From: Trueperaceae bacterium
Lineage (GTDB): Bacteria > Deinococcota > Deinococci > Deinococcales > Trueperaceae
DNA length: 64,000 bases
Reading direction: 5' to 3'
NCBI GenBank assembly: GCA_965215565.1
Contig: CBDCDZ010000004.1
Location: 3,040,001-3,104,000 of the forward strand
Under the pieces are notes generated by a model. It was given only the letters and a program-made list of their open reading frames with translations. It searched no databases and was not told the DNA's origin. The position numbers were made by a program, and so were the translations under genes. Position 1 is the stretch's first letter, and each line of letters begins with the position of its first letter. Below are positions 30,995 to 41,072 of the stretch, piece after piece.

Positions 30995-32182
30995 TCATTT
31001 TATCTCTTCCAACACCCTCTTAAACCGCCTCACCACCTCATCCACCTCTTCCTCCGAAATAATCAAAGGCGGCACAAACCGAATCACCATCGCCCCGGCG
31101 TTGATCACAATCACACCTGCATCACGCAAAGCAGAAATGTAAGGCGCAACCTTCTCTTTAAGCTCCACCCCGAGCATCAAGCCGACCCCACGCACCTCGC
31201 GAATTTTGTCGGACTCAATCGCCATCAGCGCCTTGCGAAAGTGATTGCCGACGTGCTTGACGTGCTCCAAGAGGTCGCGCTCTTCAAATTCTTGCAGTAC
31301 AGCCAGCCCAGCCGCCGACGCCAGCGGATTACCGCCAAACGTCGTGCCGTGACCACCTTTAGGCATCCCGGCGGCAACTTCATCGGTCATGAGGAGTGCG
31401 CCGATCGGCACACCGCCGCCCAAACCTTTGGCGAGCGTGACCATGTCGGGCTCTAAGAGGTAGTGCTCAGAGGCTAAGAATGCGCCTGTGCGCCCCACCC
31501 CGGACTGAATCTCGTCCATGATGAGCATCGCGCCGTGATCTTCGGTCAAATCGCGGGCGGCTTGTAAGAATTTGCGCGTCGCGGGGCGAATGCCGCCCTC
31601 GCCTTGGATGGGTTCTAAAAAGACCGCCGCCGTCTCGTCCGTCACCGCTTCCTCTAACTTCTCCACGTTGTTGTAGGGGATGAAGTCCACCTCTTCGATG
31701 AGCTTGCCGAAAGGCTGACGGTACTTCTTCTCCCAAGTGAGTGAGACCGCGCCCATCGTCCGCCCGGAGAAGCCGCGCATCGCCGCGACGAAGCGGGTTT
31801 TGCCCGTGACGGCGCGTGCCCACTTGAGCGCCGCCTCGTTTACCTCAGAGCCGGAGTTAGCCAAGAAAACGCGGTTTAAGGGTGCAGGCACAAAGGTGAA
31901 GAGCTTGTCCAAGAAGTCCGCTCTGGTGCCGTTCCCGACGTTTTGCGCGAAAGCGATGAGCTTGCTCGCTTGCTCGGAGATGGCCTGTTGCAGCCTCGGA
32001 TTGGCGTGACCCACACTCGCCACCGCGATGCCCGCCATGCAGTCGAGATACTCCTTGCCCTCCGCGTCCCAGAGCTTGACACCCTCGCCGCGCACGAAGA
32101 CGATGTCGGGCTGCCACAGACCTGAATAGTGCTGCGCTTCGCGTTCTAAAATCTCTTGGGTACGGCTTCTCACCTGCGTCAT
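30995..32182 (-). CDS. lysJ: [LysW]-aminoadipate semialdehyde transaminase
   Basis: NSGSEVNEAA, FSGRTMG, EPIQGEGG, DEIQSG.GRTG, AKGLGGG; cluster context. Confidence 0.9.
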   Translation of the reverse strand: MTQVRSRTQEILEREAQHYSGLWQPDIVFVRGEGVKLWDAEGKEYLDCMAGIAVASVGHANPRLQQAISEQASKLIAFAQNVGNGTRADFLDKLFTFVPAPLNRVFLANSGSEVNEAALKWARAVTGKTRFVAAMRGFSGRTMGAVSLTWEKKYRQPFGKLIEEVDFIPYNNVEKLEEAVTDETAAVFLEPIQGEGGIRPATRKFLQAARDLTEDHGAMLIMDEIQSGVGRTGAFLASEHYLLEPDMVTLAKGLGGGVPIGALLMTDEVAAGMPKGGHGTTFGGNPLASAAGLAVLQEFEERDLLEHVKHVGNHFRKALMAIESDKIREVRGVGLMLGVELKEKVAPYISALRDAGVIVINAGAMVIRFVPPLIISEEEVDEVVRRFKRVLEEIK

Positions 32183-32233
32183 CTTGGCTCCTCGTTTAAC
32201 GTAACCTCATGCGCTTGAACCTAAAAATATACA

Positions 32234-33046
32234 CTACGATACTACCGTACCCGCGCCCTCTAGCGCCCGCCGCACCGAACCTTCACCTCTCGCATCACCA
32301 AACACCACACGCTTTACGCCCCCTTGCACCGCTTCGGCTGCGCCTAAAACTTTCTTCTTCATGCGGTCTTGGGCATACTCAAGATAGTCCTCCACCTCCC
32401 CCGCTGGAATCTCACGAATCAAACTCGCCTCGTCGGGAAAGTCACGCAGCAGGCCGGGTACGTTGGAAAGGAGTAGAAGCGCGTCCGCTTGTAAAGAGGT
32501 GGCGACAGCGGCGGCGGCGCGGTCGCCGTCTACGTTCACGGCGACGCCATCAAAGCTCGAGCCTGGCGGCGTTAAGACAGGCAAGTAGCCATTCTCGAGC
32601 AAGAGGTTCAATAAATTCGTATTGACCCGCTCTACCGTCCCCGTATGGTCCCCGCGCAGCACTTTCGTCTTACCGTTCTCGACGCTCCGCACCTTATCTT
32701 TGTGTTTCCCCTCAAAGATGCGCCCGTCCAGACCCGACAAGCCCACCGCGTTCACGTCCAACTTCTGCAACCGCTCCACGACGCCCTTATTCACCTTACC
32801 GCAGTAGACCATCTCGAAAATCTCCAAGGTCTCGCGGTCAGTGAAGCGGCTGGTGTAGCCGCTCGGTGAGGTGACGAACTTGGGCGGATGACCCAACGCT
32901 TCTGCGATACGGTTCGTTTCAGCGCTGCCGCCGTGCACCAAAATAAGTTTTTGCCCCTCTTTCCAGAGCGCGGCGACGTCTTCACATAAAGCGTCATAGT
33001 CGATACCTAAAGAGCCGCCGACTTTAACGACAATCATGGGAGTCAT
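32234..33046 (-). CDS. lysZ: [LysW]-aminoadipate kinase
   Basis: VVKVGGS, VHGGS, SPSGYTSR.TD, NVDGDRAAA, RMKKKV. Confidence 0.94.
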   Translation of the reverse strand: MTPMIVVKVGGSLGIDYDALCEDVAALWKEGQKLILVHGGSAETNRIAEALGHPPKFVTSPSGYTSRFTDRETLEIFEMVYCGKVNKGVVERLQKLDVNAVGLSGLDGRIFEGKHKDKVRSVENGKTKVLRGDHTGTVERVNTNLLNLLLENGYLPVLTPPGSSFDGVAVNVDGDRAAAAVATSLQADALLLLSNVPGLLRDFPDEASLIREIPAGEVEDYLEYAQDRMKKKVLGAAEAVQGGVKRVVFGDARGEGSVRRALEGAGTVVS

Positions 33047-33450
33047 GGGAGGAGTTCCAGATAGCCGAGCGTCGGCGCTTGGACGAAGCTGAAGTGTTTG
33101 CGGTCTAGGGTCAAGACTCTTCTTATCTTGTGACGCTCAGCGAGCGCTACGATACTCGCATCTACAAAACCGATATCGGCGTCGGCGTAGCGCTCCATCA
33201 ACGCATAAGTAAGCTGAACATCTTGCAAGTCAGCGTTGAGAAACGGTATCTTTTCTTCCGCAACACCCGCTAAAAACCTCTTAGCAATCCGTGAACCGAA
33301 CCGTATGCTCGCCAGATAATCCACTTCGCAGAGGATGGCACTAGGAACAAGTAAGTCGGGCAAGTAGCGCTTCGTCTCCTCGTGGAGCACGTGGCGCGTG
33401 TCTAAAAGTGCCATAACACCACTTGTATCAGCGAGAATCAGCGGAATCAT
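33043..33450 (-). CDS. PIN domain VapC toxin
   Basis: ADTSG, E, GFVDASIVALAER, LTLDRKHF. Confidence 0.9.
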   Translation of the reverse strand: MIPLILADTSGVMALLDTRHVLHEETKRYLPDLLVPSAILCEVDYLASIRFGSRIAKRFLAGVAEEKIPFLNADLQDVQLTYALMERYADADIGFVDASIVALAERHKIRRVLTLDRKHFSFVQAPTLGYLELLP

Positions 33451-33724
33451 CCTGTTCGTGAGCGTTCCACTCCTTCATAACCCGCTCGTAGTCTTCCTCG
33501 ATGAGCCTCCCCAACAAAGCCTCATCCTCTTCTGCTGTGTAGGCACCCTCGCTACTCGCTATACCTACCCAATCGGGCACTTCGAAAGGCTTTTTCTCAG
33601 CCTCTTCGACATGCTCACCAAGAACCTCACGGATGAGTTCAGCTTTCGAGCGCCCCTGCTGCTTTGCTAGGCGCGTAAGTTTTAAGTCTGTCGGCTCTTC
33701 TAAATACACCGTCGTTCGTTTCAT
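33428..33724 (-). CDS. CopG/RHH antitoxin
   Basis: MKRTTVYL...L.RLAKQQGRSKAELIRE; overlaps PIN gene. Confidence 0.88.
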   Translation of the reverse strand: MKRTTVYLEEPTDLKLTRLAKQQGRSKAELIREVLGEHVEEAEKKPFEVPDWVGIASSEGAYTAEEDEALLGRLIEEDYERVMKEWNAHEQDDSADSR

Positions 33725-33743
33725 GCCATATATGTTAGCACAC

Positions 33744-34172
33744 TTAAAGCGGCTCCCTCGCAACAGAAACCCGCTTCATCACCCGGTCACTCGTCGGTTT
33801 CTCAAAGCCAAACTGCGCATAGAGCGCGTGCGCGTCCTTCGTGCCGAGTTCCCAGCGACATGTGGAGAGGTCGGGGTGAGCGAGCACTGTTTTGACGAGC
33901 CACTTGCCAAGACCTCTTCCCTGATAGGACTCTAAGACAAATACATCCGCTAAGTATGCAAACGTCGCGTAGTCGGTAATGACCCTGGCAAAACCGATTT
34001 GCTTCTCTCCGTCATAGAGTCCAAAACATTCGGAATGCTGCAAAGAGGTTTCGATGACCTTTTTGGAGCGTCCCTTCGCCCAATAAGAACGCTCGAGATA
34101 ATCAGCAATGACGGCGGGCTTGAGCCTCTCCTTATCCGTGCTGACAGTGAACTGACCTTGCTGGACAAACAC
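33744..34172 (-). CDS. GNAT N-acetyltransferase
   Basis: SYWAKGR, QIGFARVITD..TFAYLADVFV..YQGRGLGK, AHALYAQFGF. Confidence 0.92.
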   Translation of the reverse strand: MFVQQGQFTVSTDKERLKPAVIADYLERSYWAKGRSKKVIETSLQHSECFGLYDGEKQIGFARVITDYATFAYLADVFVLESYQGRGLGKWLVKTVLAHPDLSTCRWELGTKDAHALYAQFGFEKPTSDRVMKRVSVAREPL

Positions 34173-34729
34173 TAAAAACGGATGTCCTCGTAAATCTCTT
34201 CAACGCTGAGGGTCATGTCGGGGCACTCGAGCACAATCTGCTCTCCTTCAGAGACCTGCGCGTGTTGCCAGCGCCCTTCAGCGTCTAGCCAGTGGCGCTC
34301 GACGAGTTTTCTCTCCTGATGAATCAAGAGGTACGTTTGCAGGCTTTTCACGTGTTGATACGCAACGAGCTTCTCTCGCTTGTCGATATGCGCGGTGCTG
34401 TCCGATAAAACCTCAATGAGTAAGCAGGGCGCTGTTTCAAAAAGCGGGTCGCCTTCCTCTTCGTGACACGCCACCATGACATCGGGGTAGTAGAAGAGGT
34501 TATCAGCGGGTCGCATCTTGACATCTTCGGCGTAAACGCGGCAGGGCGTTCCTCTCGCGGCAAGCCACAAATATCCGCTTACATTTCTTACGATGAGGTT
34601 GTGCCTTTTCGTTGCACCCGCAAGCGTGTAGAGCGTTCCGGCAATATAATCGTGGCGCACCGAGGCTTTCTGTTCGAACTCGAGATACTCCTCCACGCTC
34701 AAGAAGTGGTCAGGCAGTGCGTAAGCCAT
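34172..34729 (-). CDS. Uma2 family endonuclease (copy 1)
   Basis: SVEEYLEFE, YYPDVMV, IEVLSDST..D..EK. Confidence 0.92.
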   Translation of the reverse strand: MAYALPDHFLSVEEYLEFEQKASVRHDYIAGTLYTLAGATKRHNLIVRNVSGYLWLAARGTPCRVYAEDVKMRPADNLFYYPDVMVACHEEEGDPLFETAPCLLIEVLSDSTAHIDKREKLVAYQHVKSLQTYLLIHQERKLVERHWLDAEGRWQHAQVSEGEQIVLECPDMTLSVEEIYEDIRF

Positions 34730-34819
34730 AACGCCAGTATAGATTATTCTTTGGCTCCCCGGCGCTAAGCTCGAGCCTCCTGTCCGTGCTGACAGTGAAC
34801 TGACCTCTTTCAACGAGTA

Positions 34820-35389
34820 CTAAAAGGTAAGACCCTCGTAGACCTCTTCAACGCTGAGCGTTACTTTAGGGCAATCTAAGGGAATTTGTCCACCCTCGGA
34901 AACCTGTGCATGTTGCCAACGCCCTTTGTCGTCAGTCCAATACCGCTCAACGAGCCTATTATCCTGATGCACGATGACATACGCTTTTAAGGTTTTGATC
35001 TGCTTGTAGGCTGCAAACTTTTCGCGTTTATCAATATGCGACGTGCTCTTCGACAACACTTCGATAAGCAAGCAAGGCTCCGTTTCATAGGTCGCTGTAA
35101 GGAGTGGGTCATCCCCCTCACCGTGGCACGTCACCATCACGTCGGGATAGTAGAAGAGGTCGTGGGTGGGGCGCACTTTGACCTCTTCGGAGTAGACGCG
35201 GCAAGGACCACCTCTCGAGGCTGCCATAAGCGCAAACATCAGATTGTTGATGATGAGGTTGTGACGCTTCGTCCCACCAGCAAGGGCGTAGAGCGTTCCA
35301 GCGACATATTCATGGCGCATAGACGCTTCTTCTTCAAACTCGAGGTACTCCTCTACACTCAAGAGGTAATTCAGCGGTGCGTAAGCCAT
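34820..35389 (-). CDS. Uma2 family endonuclease (copy 2)
   Basis: Close paralogue of copy 1; YYPDVMV, IEVLSKST. Confidence 0.92.
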   Translation of the reverse strand: MAYAPLNYLLSVEEYLEFEEEASMRHEYVAGTLYALAGGTKRHNLIINNLMFALMAASRGGPCRVYSEEVKVRPTHDLFYYPDVMVTCHGEGDDPLLTATYETEPCLLIEVLSKSTSHIDKREKFAAYKQIKTLKAYVIVHQDNRLVERYWTDDKGRWQHAQVSEGGQIPLDCPKVTLSVEEVYEGLTF

Positions 35390-35403
35390 AGCACCAGTAT
35401 AGA

Positions 35404-36591
35404 TTATCCTTTTGCTCCAGCTTGCCACGCCGCTCTGGTCGCCTTATCTAAACCTCTCGGCAACTTGACCTTGTCCGCACCTAAATACCGCTTAAACCTC
35501 TTTACAGCGTCATCTAAAGAGGTCAATATCTCTGCATCAAGCTCTACACCCTCTTCCCACCACCAGCGGTAGAGATGCCAAGTGTCGTCCGTCAGCCTCG
35601 AGTCAAACCGCGCCACGAACCTGTCCCCGTAGAAGACGGGTAAGACGTAATACCCCCACTTCCGCTCCCGTTCAGGCTTGTAGACTTCCCAGACATAGTC
35701 GAAGTCGAAGAGGTGCGCCACCGCTTTTCGGTCCCATAGCAAACTGTCGAGCGGGGCGAGAAAGGTCATGCGGGGCTCGCCCCCAGGGTACTCGAGTGAA
35801 TTCAGAACGTGAGGCAAAGCGTGATAGGTTTGGGTGTCTATCTCGAGTCTAACCAACTCACCCTCTTGAACCAGAGTGTCAACAAGAGGTTTACGCGCCG
35901 TACTTCTAATCGGCGTCCACAGCGCCGCGTCTGCGTTGGGTCGCAATAGTCCGGTATTCTGATGGCGGCGCAAAACGATGTGACGGAGGCTTTCGTCTGC
36001 GCTGACCTCTCGCGCTAAATACCTCTCGGGGATGACCGCTTCAGGCAAACTGTAGACGTGCCGCCCTTTGTCGCGGTGATGGGTGACGATCTGCCCGGTG
36101 TACCAGAGCGCCCGCAAGATATTCTTGACGAGCTTAGGACCGTGCCACGAGCCGCGCCAATCCTTGATATGCGCTTGGTCGGTGAACTCTAAGGATGAAA
36201 GGGGACCTCTCTCTTCCAATTCGGTAAGCGTCACCTTCACTGCTTCTCGGTGCGGCTCTAACACCCGCTCAGACCAACGCGGTAAAAAGTGTGCGTGATA
36301 GAGCCTCCGGTACGCCCAATCTGACACGGGCACCAAACAGGCTTGCTTGTCCCAGGCGTCGTAAATCGAGCGCTCTCCAACCCGGTAAGCCACCTCTTCC
36401 CAAGCGCCCACTTCATAGTCTGGCACTCTCGCCTGCAAGACTAAATCGTGGTTTCGCCCAACCGGATTTAGGGGATCGTATTGAACACTGCCTAAACGTT
36501 CAAAAACACCTTTAATATCCGTTCGTGTGAAGTGATAGTTCGCCGTGAGGCGGCGGGCATCCGCTTTGGAGAGCGTTAAGACGTTCGGCAC
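35404..36591 (-). CDS. YcaQ/AlkZ-like (HTH_42) crosslink-repair DNA glycosylase
   Basis: VQYDPL (QxD), LAPLDSLLWDR, FDY.WEVYKP..RKWGYYVLP. Confidence 0.88.
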   Translation of the reverse strand: MPNVLTLSKADARRLTANYHFTRTDIKGVFERLGSVQYDPLNPVGRNHDLVLQARVPDYEVGAWEEVAYRVGERSIYDAWDKQACLVPVSDWAYRRLYHAHFLPRWSERVLEPHREAVKVTLTELEERGPLSSLEFTDQAHIKDWRGSWHGPKLVKNILRALWYTGQIVTHHRDKGRHVYSLPEAVIPERYLAREVSADESLRHIVLRRHQNTGLLRPNADAALWTPIRSTARKPLVDTLVQEGELVRLEIDTQTYHALPHVLNSLEYPGGEPRMTFLAPLDSLLWDRKAVAHLFDFDYVWEVYKPERERKWGYYVLPVFYGDRFVARFDSRLTDDTWHLYRWWWEEGVELDAEILTSLDDAVKRFKRYLGADKVKLPRGLDKATRAAWQAGAKG

Positions 36592-36621
36592 GCCTCTATT
36601 TTACGTGCTTTTCCAAAGAGG

Positions 36622-37551
36622 TCAGGCTCTTGCGTCGGCGTACATGCGTCTATCAGCTTCGTGAAGAACGTGGTCTAAGGTCGTGTCAGCGTTGGCTTGC
36701 AGGGTGCCGATGCGGGCATCTACCCTGAGGGGGCCGATGCTCGAGACCACCAGCTCACAAAAGACCTCTCGCAAGCGCCTATCCAGATGACCCGAATCGC
36801 TCGCCACGATGAACTCGTCGCCGCCGTAGCGAAAGATGACGTCGCGGCTCCGCACCGTTCGTTTTAAGCGCTCAGCGATCACCGCGAGCACCTCATCCCC
36901 TACGCTGTGACCGTGACTATCGTTAATCTGCTTGAAACCGCGCAGGTCGATAAAGGCTACACTGCACCCTGAGCAACGCGCCATAAACGCATAGAGTTCA
37001 CGCACCCCGGCGCGGCGGGCGAGCACCCCTGTGAGTTCGTCGGTGCGGTGTTGGCGCTGTTCCCGCACCAGACCAAAGGCGATTACGCTCGCTAAGCTGA
37101 TGCTCAAGGTCTGCGTGAAGAGGTAGGTCAGCGGCATCGTCGTACTGGGTGCGTGAGAAACGAGGACGAGCCACGCGCCTACACTGTGGACGAGAAGTAA
37201 GAGCGGCGTCTCTTTGCGCAAATTCATCACCATGACCCCAATGAGCCACGCCGGGATGAGCGCCTCGAAACCGAGTTCGTGCGAAGGAAGATGCACCACC
37301 GCGACGAGCGCAGGTAAGTCACCGAGCGTAAGGAGCAGATCAGCGGCGTCATGATTGCGGCGGTAAAGAACGACTGCCAGCGTATAGATAAACGCGCTAC
37401 TCGCCACAGCAGCGAGCGCGTACGCCATGAAGTTCTTAGACAAGAAGAGGACGATAGTCGAGACGATAATCAGACGTAGACCGAGCCGGAGCGCAAAGGT
37501 GCGCGTTCGGCGCTTTTGCAACCCGAGGCTGATGTTCGGCAAATCGCTCAT
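36622..37551 (-). CDS. Membrane-bound diguanylate cyclase (GGDEF)
   Basis: TM helices, DELTG, FKQINDSHGHSVGD, RYGGDEF, ADRRMY. Confidence 0.9.
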   Translation of the reverse strand: MSDLPNISLGLQKRRTRTFALRLGLRLIIVSTIVLFLSKNFMAYALAAVASSAFIYTLAVVLYRRNHDAADLLLTLGDLPALVAVVHLPSHELGFEALIPAWLIGVMVMNLRKETPLLLLVHSVGAWLVLVSHAPSTTMPLTYLFTQTLSISLASVIAFGLVREQRQHRTDELTGVLARRAGVRELYAFMARCSGCSVAFIDLRGFKQINDSHGHSVGDEVLAVIAERLKRTVRSRDVIFRYGGDEFIVASDSGHLDRRLREVFCELVVSSIGPLRVDARIGTLQANADTTLDHVLHEADRRMYADARA

Positions 37552-37681
37552 CGTGTCTAAGTTTACCCCGAAGTATTGAAATACTTCATACAATGTTACA
37601 TTTATCACTTCTGCCATACGCATTTGTCACTTCAGCCTCAAAAGGTTGACATAATGGCTAAATCTTTGCTGAGCCCTGAGG

Positions 37682-38737
<1,056 letters not shown>

Positions 38738-38812
38738 CTAGTGTATCGGAGGCTCGAGTCAACGTTTGCAGCATGTCAAGGTTCTTTTGAGTTTCTATTC
38801 GCTATAGCGTGA

Positions 38813-39160
38813 CTAAGCTCGGTAGTTATCGTATTCCCAGTGCAACCACTTGTTAAGTTCTCTCGCGATTTGCTCCCACGATACGCCGCTCATATCGGCG
38901 CATAGCTCTTCAACAATCTCTTCAACTTGAGACCAAGAGAAATACTCGAGAAGGAGCCAGCCGCGTCCCCACTGATAGCCCGTGTAGTTCAGTAAAGCTT
39001 TCGGCGTAGTGACGATGAAAGAGAATACATCCGCGCCCTCTCCACCTTTTACACCGATGTCAACTTCGACGCGTAAGGAGCAGTTGTCGGGCTCGTCAGG
39101 CTCGCGCCCGTACTCGAGGTCTGGACTGAAAAAACCTTTGACTTCAAGAGTGAGTAGCAT
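38813..39160 (-). CDS. Immunity protein Imm8 family
   Basis: SPD..EPDEPDNC..IG..G.EGADVF.F.V.TP, GR..LL, W..IA..L....WEYDNY. Confidence 0.78.
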   Translation of the reverse strand: MLLTLEVKGFFSPDLEYGREPDEPDNCSLRVEVDIGVKGGEGADVFSFIVTTPKALLNYTGYQWGRGWLLLEYFSWSQVEEIVEELCADMSGVSWEQIARELNKWLHWEYDNYRA

Positions 39161-39173
39161 AACGAAAGCGCTT

Positions 39174-40172
39174 CTACGAATTTGACAGCGCGTCAATCAC
39201 CGCGTCCGTAAACTCTTCTGTATTCGCCTTGCCTCCCAAATCAGCCGTGAGCGGACCTTCTGCTAAAACCGTATCCACCGCCTTATCGAGCTTCTGCGCC
39301 GTCTCTTGTTCACCCAGATGCTCCAACATCAGCGCCGCCGTTAGGATCGTTGCGGCGGGGTTGGCAATCCCACGACCCATGATGTCGGGGGCGCTGCCGT
39401 GGACGGGTTCGAAGATGGCGTTCTCGAGCCCGATATTTGCGCTCGGCGCGAGTCCTAAACCGCCCACGAGCCCCGCCATCAAATCCGAGAGAATATCCCC
39501 AAAGAGGTTCGTCGTCACGAGCACGTCGAAGTTCTGCGGCTCGCGCACGAGCTTCATAGCGGCGGCGTCTACAATCACGTCGTAGGTTTCCACGTCGATA
39601 TAGTCTTTCGCCACGTTGACTGCCGACTCCAAAAAGAGCCCCGTCGTCAGCGGCAAGACGTTCGCCTTGTGGATGACCGCGAGCTTCTTGCGGCGTCTAC
39701 GCGCCTCTTCTAAGGCGACTTTCGCGATGCGCTCCGAGGCGCTTTTGGTAATCACCGTATCCGCAATCGCCACGTCTTCGTAGCGCCGCTCCTGCTCTAC
39801 ATAGAGCCCCTGCGTGTTCTCGCGCACCATGAGCATGTCCACGCCCTGAAGCGAGTCGGGGATCGGGCGCGACTTGGCGGGGCGCAAGTTGGCGAAGAGG
39901 TCCAAGTTACGCCGCATGTAGCGAATTGCGCCCTGAAAGCCGGGGACTTTCTTGCTCGGGCTGGTGAAGGCTCCGGCTAGGGTAGCGTCGGTGGCTTTAA
40001 TCTTCTCCAACGTGATGTCAGGAACGCTGTTGCCTGTTTTCTGGAAAGTGTCCCAACCCGCTTCGGCGTGACCGAACTCCAAGTCCAACCCCGTCGCCTC
40101 CAAGACCCGCTGCGTCGCCGGAACGACCTCTAAGCCGATGCCGTCGCCTGGAATAAGTAGAATTTTGTGCAT
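39174..40172 (-). CDS. Homoisocitrate dehydrogenase (beta-decarboxylating dehydrogenase family)
   Basis: [47 protein letters not shown]; heads lys cluster. Confidence 0.9.
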   Translation of the reverse strand: MHKILLIPGDGIGLEVVPATQRVLEATGLDLEFGHAEAGWDTFQKTGNSVPDITLEKIKATDATLAGAFTSPSKKVPGFQGAIRYMRRNLDLFANLRPAKSRPIPDSLQGVDMLMVRENTQGLYVEQERRYEDVAIADTVITKSASERIAKVALEEARRRRKKLAVIHKANVLPLTTGLFLESAVNVAKDYIDVETYDVIVDAAAMKLVREPQNFDVLVTTNLFGDILSDLMAGLVGGLGLAPSANIGLENAIFEPVHGSAPDIMGRGIANPAATILTAALMLEHLGEQETAQKLDKAVDTVLAEGPLTADLGGKANTEEFTDAVIDALSNS

Positions 40173-40182
40173 AAGTCACCTC

Positions 40183-40295
40183 AAAAAATGAGGGGATAAC
40201 GTGTCCCCGTCTAAATAGTTTAGTCCGCGCCCTAAGCGCAGACCTTTTCTTCTTACGCTACCACGCTAGGAGAATGCGAATGTGCGCTTTTTCAT
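40183..40295 (-). promoter_or_regulatory. Candidate attenuator: leader peptide MKKRTFAFS plus hairpins and U-tract terminator
   Basis: ORF 40295-40266; hairpin GTCTGCGC/GCGCGGAC; GGGGA..TCCCC-TCATTTTTT just before RBS. Confidence 0.5.
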
Positions 40296-40357
40296 GGTGA
40301 GGGGTCTCGAGTCTTGCTCTATACGGTTAAAAAAGATCGCGAGAACGTGTTCGTTAT

Positions 40358-41041
40358 TCAGGACGAGAGGGGAACTAACGCTAACTGCAGTAGATAAGGA
40401 CGACGCGACGGTGCTTTCTCGAACTTACTGTCCAGCCGCAACCTATAGAGGTGGCTGAGTAACGCTTTCGCTTCTTCGTCAGTGAGGTGCAGCGTGTCGG
40501 AGAAAAGCTCGGTGGGCGCACCTTCGGCAACGTCACCACTATAGGGTAGCTGAGGCAGGAGGTCATAGTTGAGCGTGTGGGTGTCACTCTTAGCAGTATG
40601 TGCGCTCACTTCGCCGTCTTTGCCGCGAAAGATGCGCCGCCCGCGTCGGTTCAGCGCGTGTACGAAACGTGCCAACTCCCTAGCAATCACGTCTTCATGC
40701 GCGCGGAGCGTACTCCGCGCCTCCTCTTCAAAATCGGCGAAAGGCGTAGCGCTGAAAGGAATGAAGTAGGTGTCGTGCACGGAGCGGTAATACTTGACGG
40801 ACCTGCCCGCGCGCTTCTCGGCGCGAACGACGTGGAGCAGCCCGGCTTTCAAAAAGGTTCTGACGCGGTAGAACATCGTGTCTACCTTGCAACCAACCTC
40901 TTTGGCGGCGCAGCTCACCGTGCAGTCTCGCGCCAGAAAGGGTGCGAAGTACCGAAAGCTGGCGTGCTCGCTGAGGAGTTTCGCTTGTTTCTCATCGTGC
41001 ACCGTATAGGCTGGCTCACCGCTGTAATTGACCTCTTCCAT
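40358..41041 (-). CDS. Winged-helix (ArsR-like) regulator, paralogue A
   Basis: QAKLL...YFAPFLAR..TVS.AAKEVGC...YRVR.F..AGLL..RAGRSVKYYRS. Confidence 0.8.
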   Translation of the reverse strand: MEEVNYSGEPAYTVHDEKQAKLLSEHASFRYFAPFLARDCTVSCAAKEVGCKVDTMFYRVRTFLKAGLLHVVRAEKRAGRSVKYYRSVHDTYFIPFSATPFADFEEEARSTLRAHEDVIARELARFVHALNRRGRRIFRGKDGEVSAHTAKSDTHTLNYDLLPQLPYSGDVAEGAPTELFSDTLHLTDEEAKALLSHLYRLRLDSKFEKAPSRRPYLLQLALVPLSS

Positions 41042-41072
41042 TTCAAGTAGCGTAGCATTCAGGCTGAGGGGT

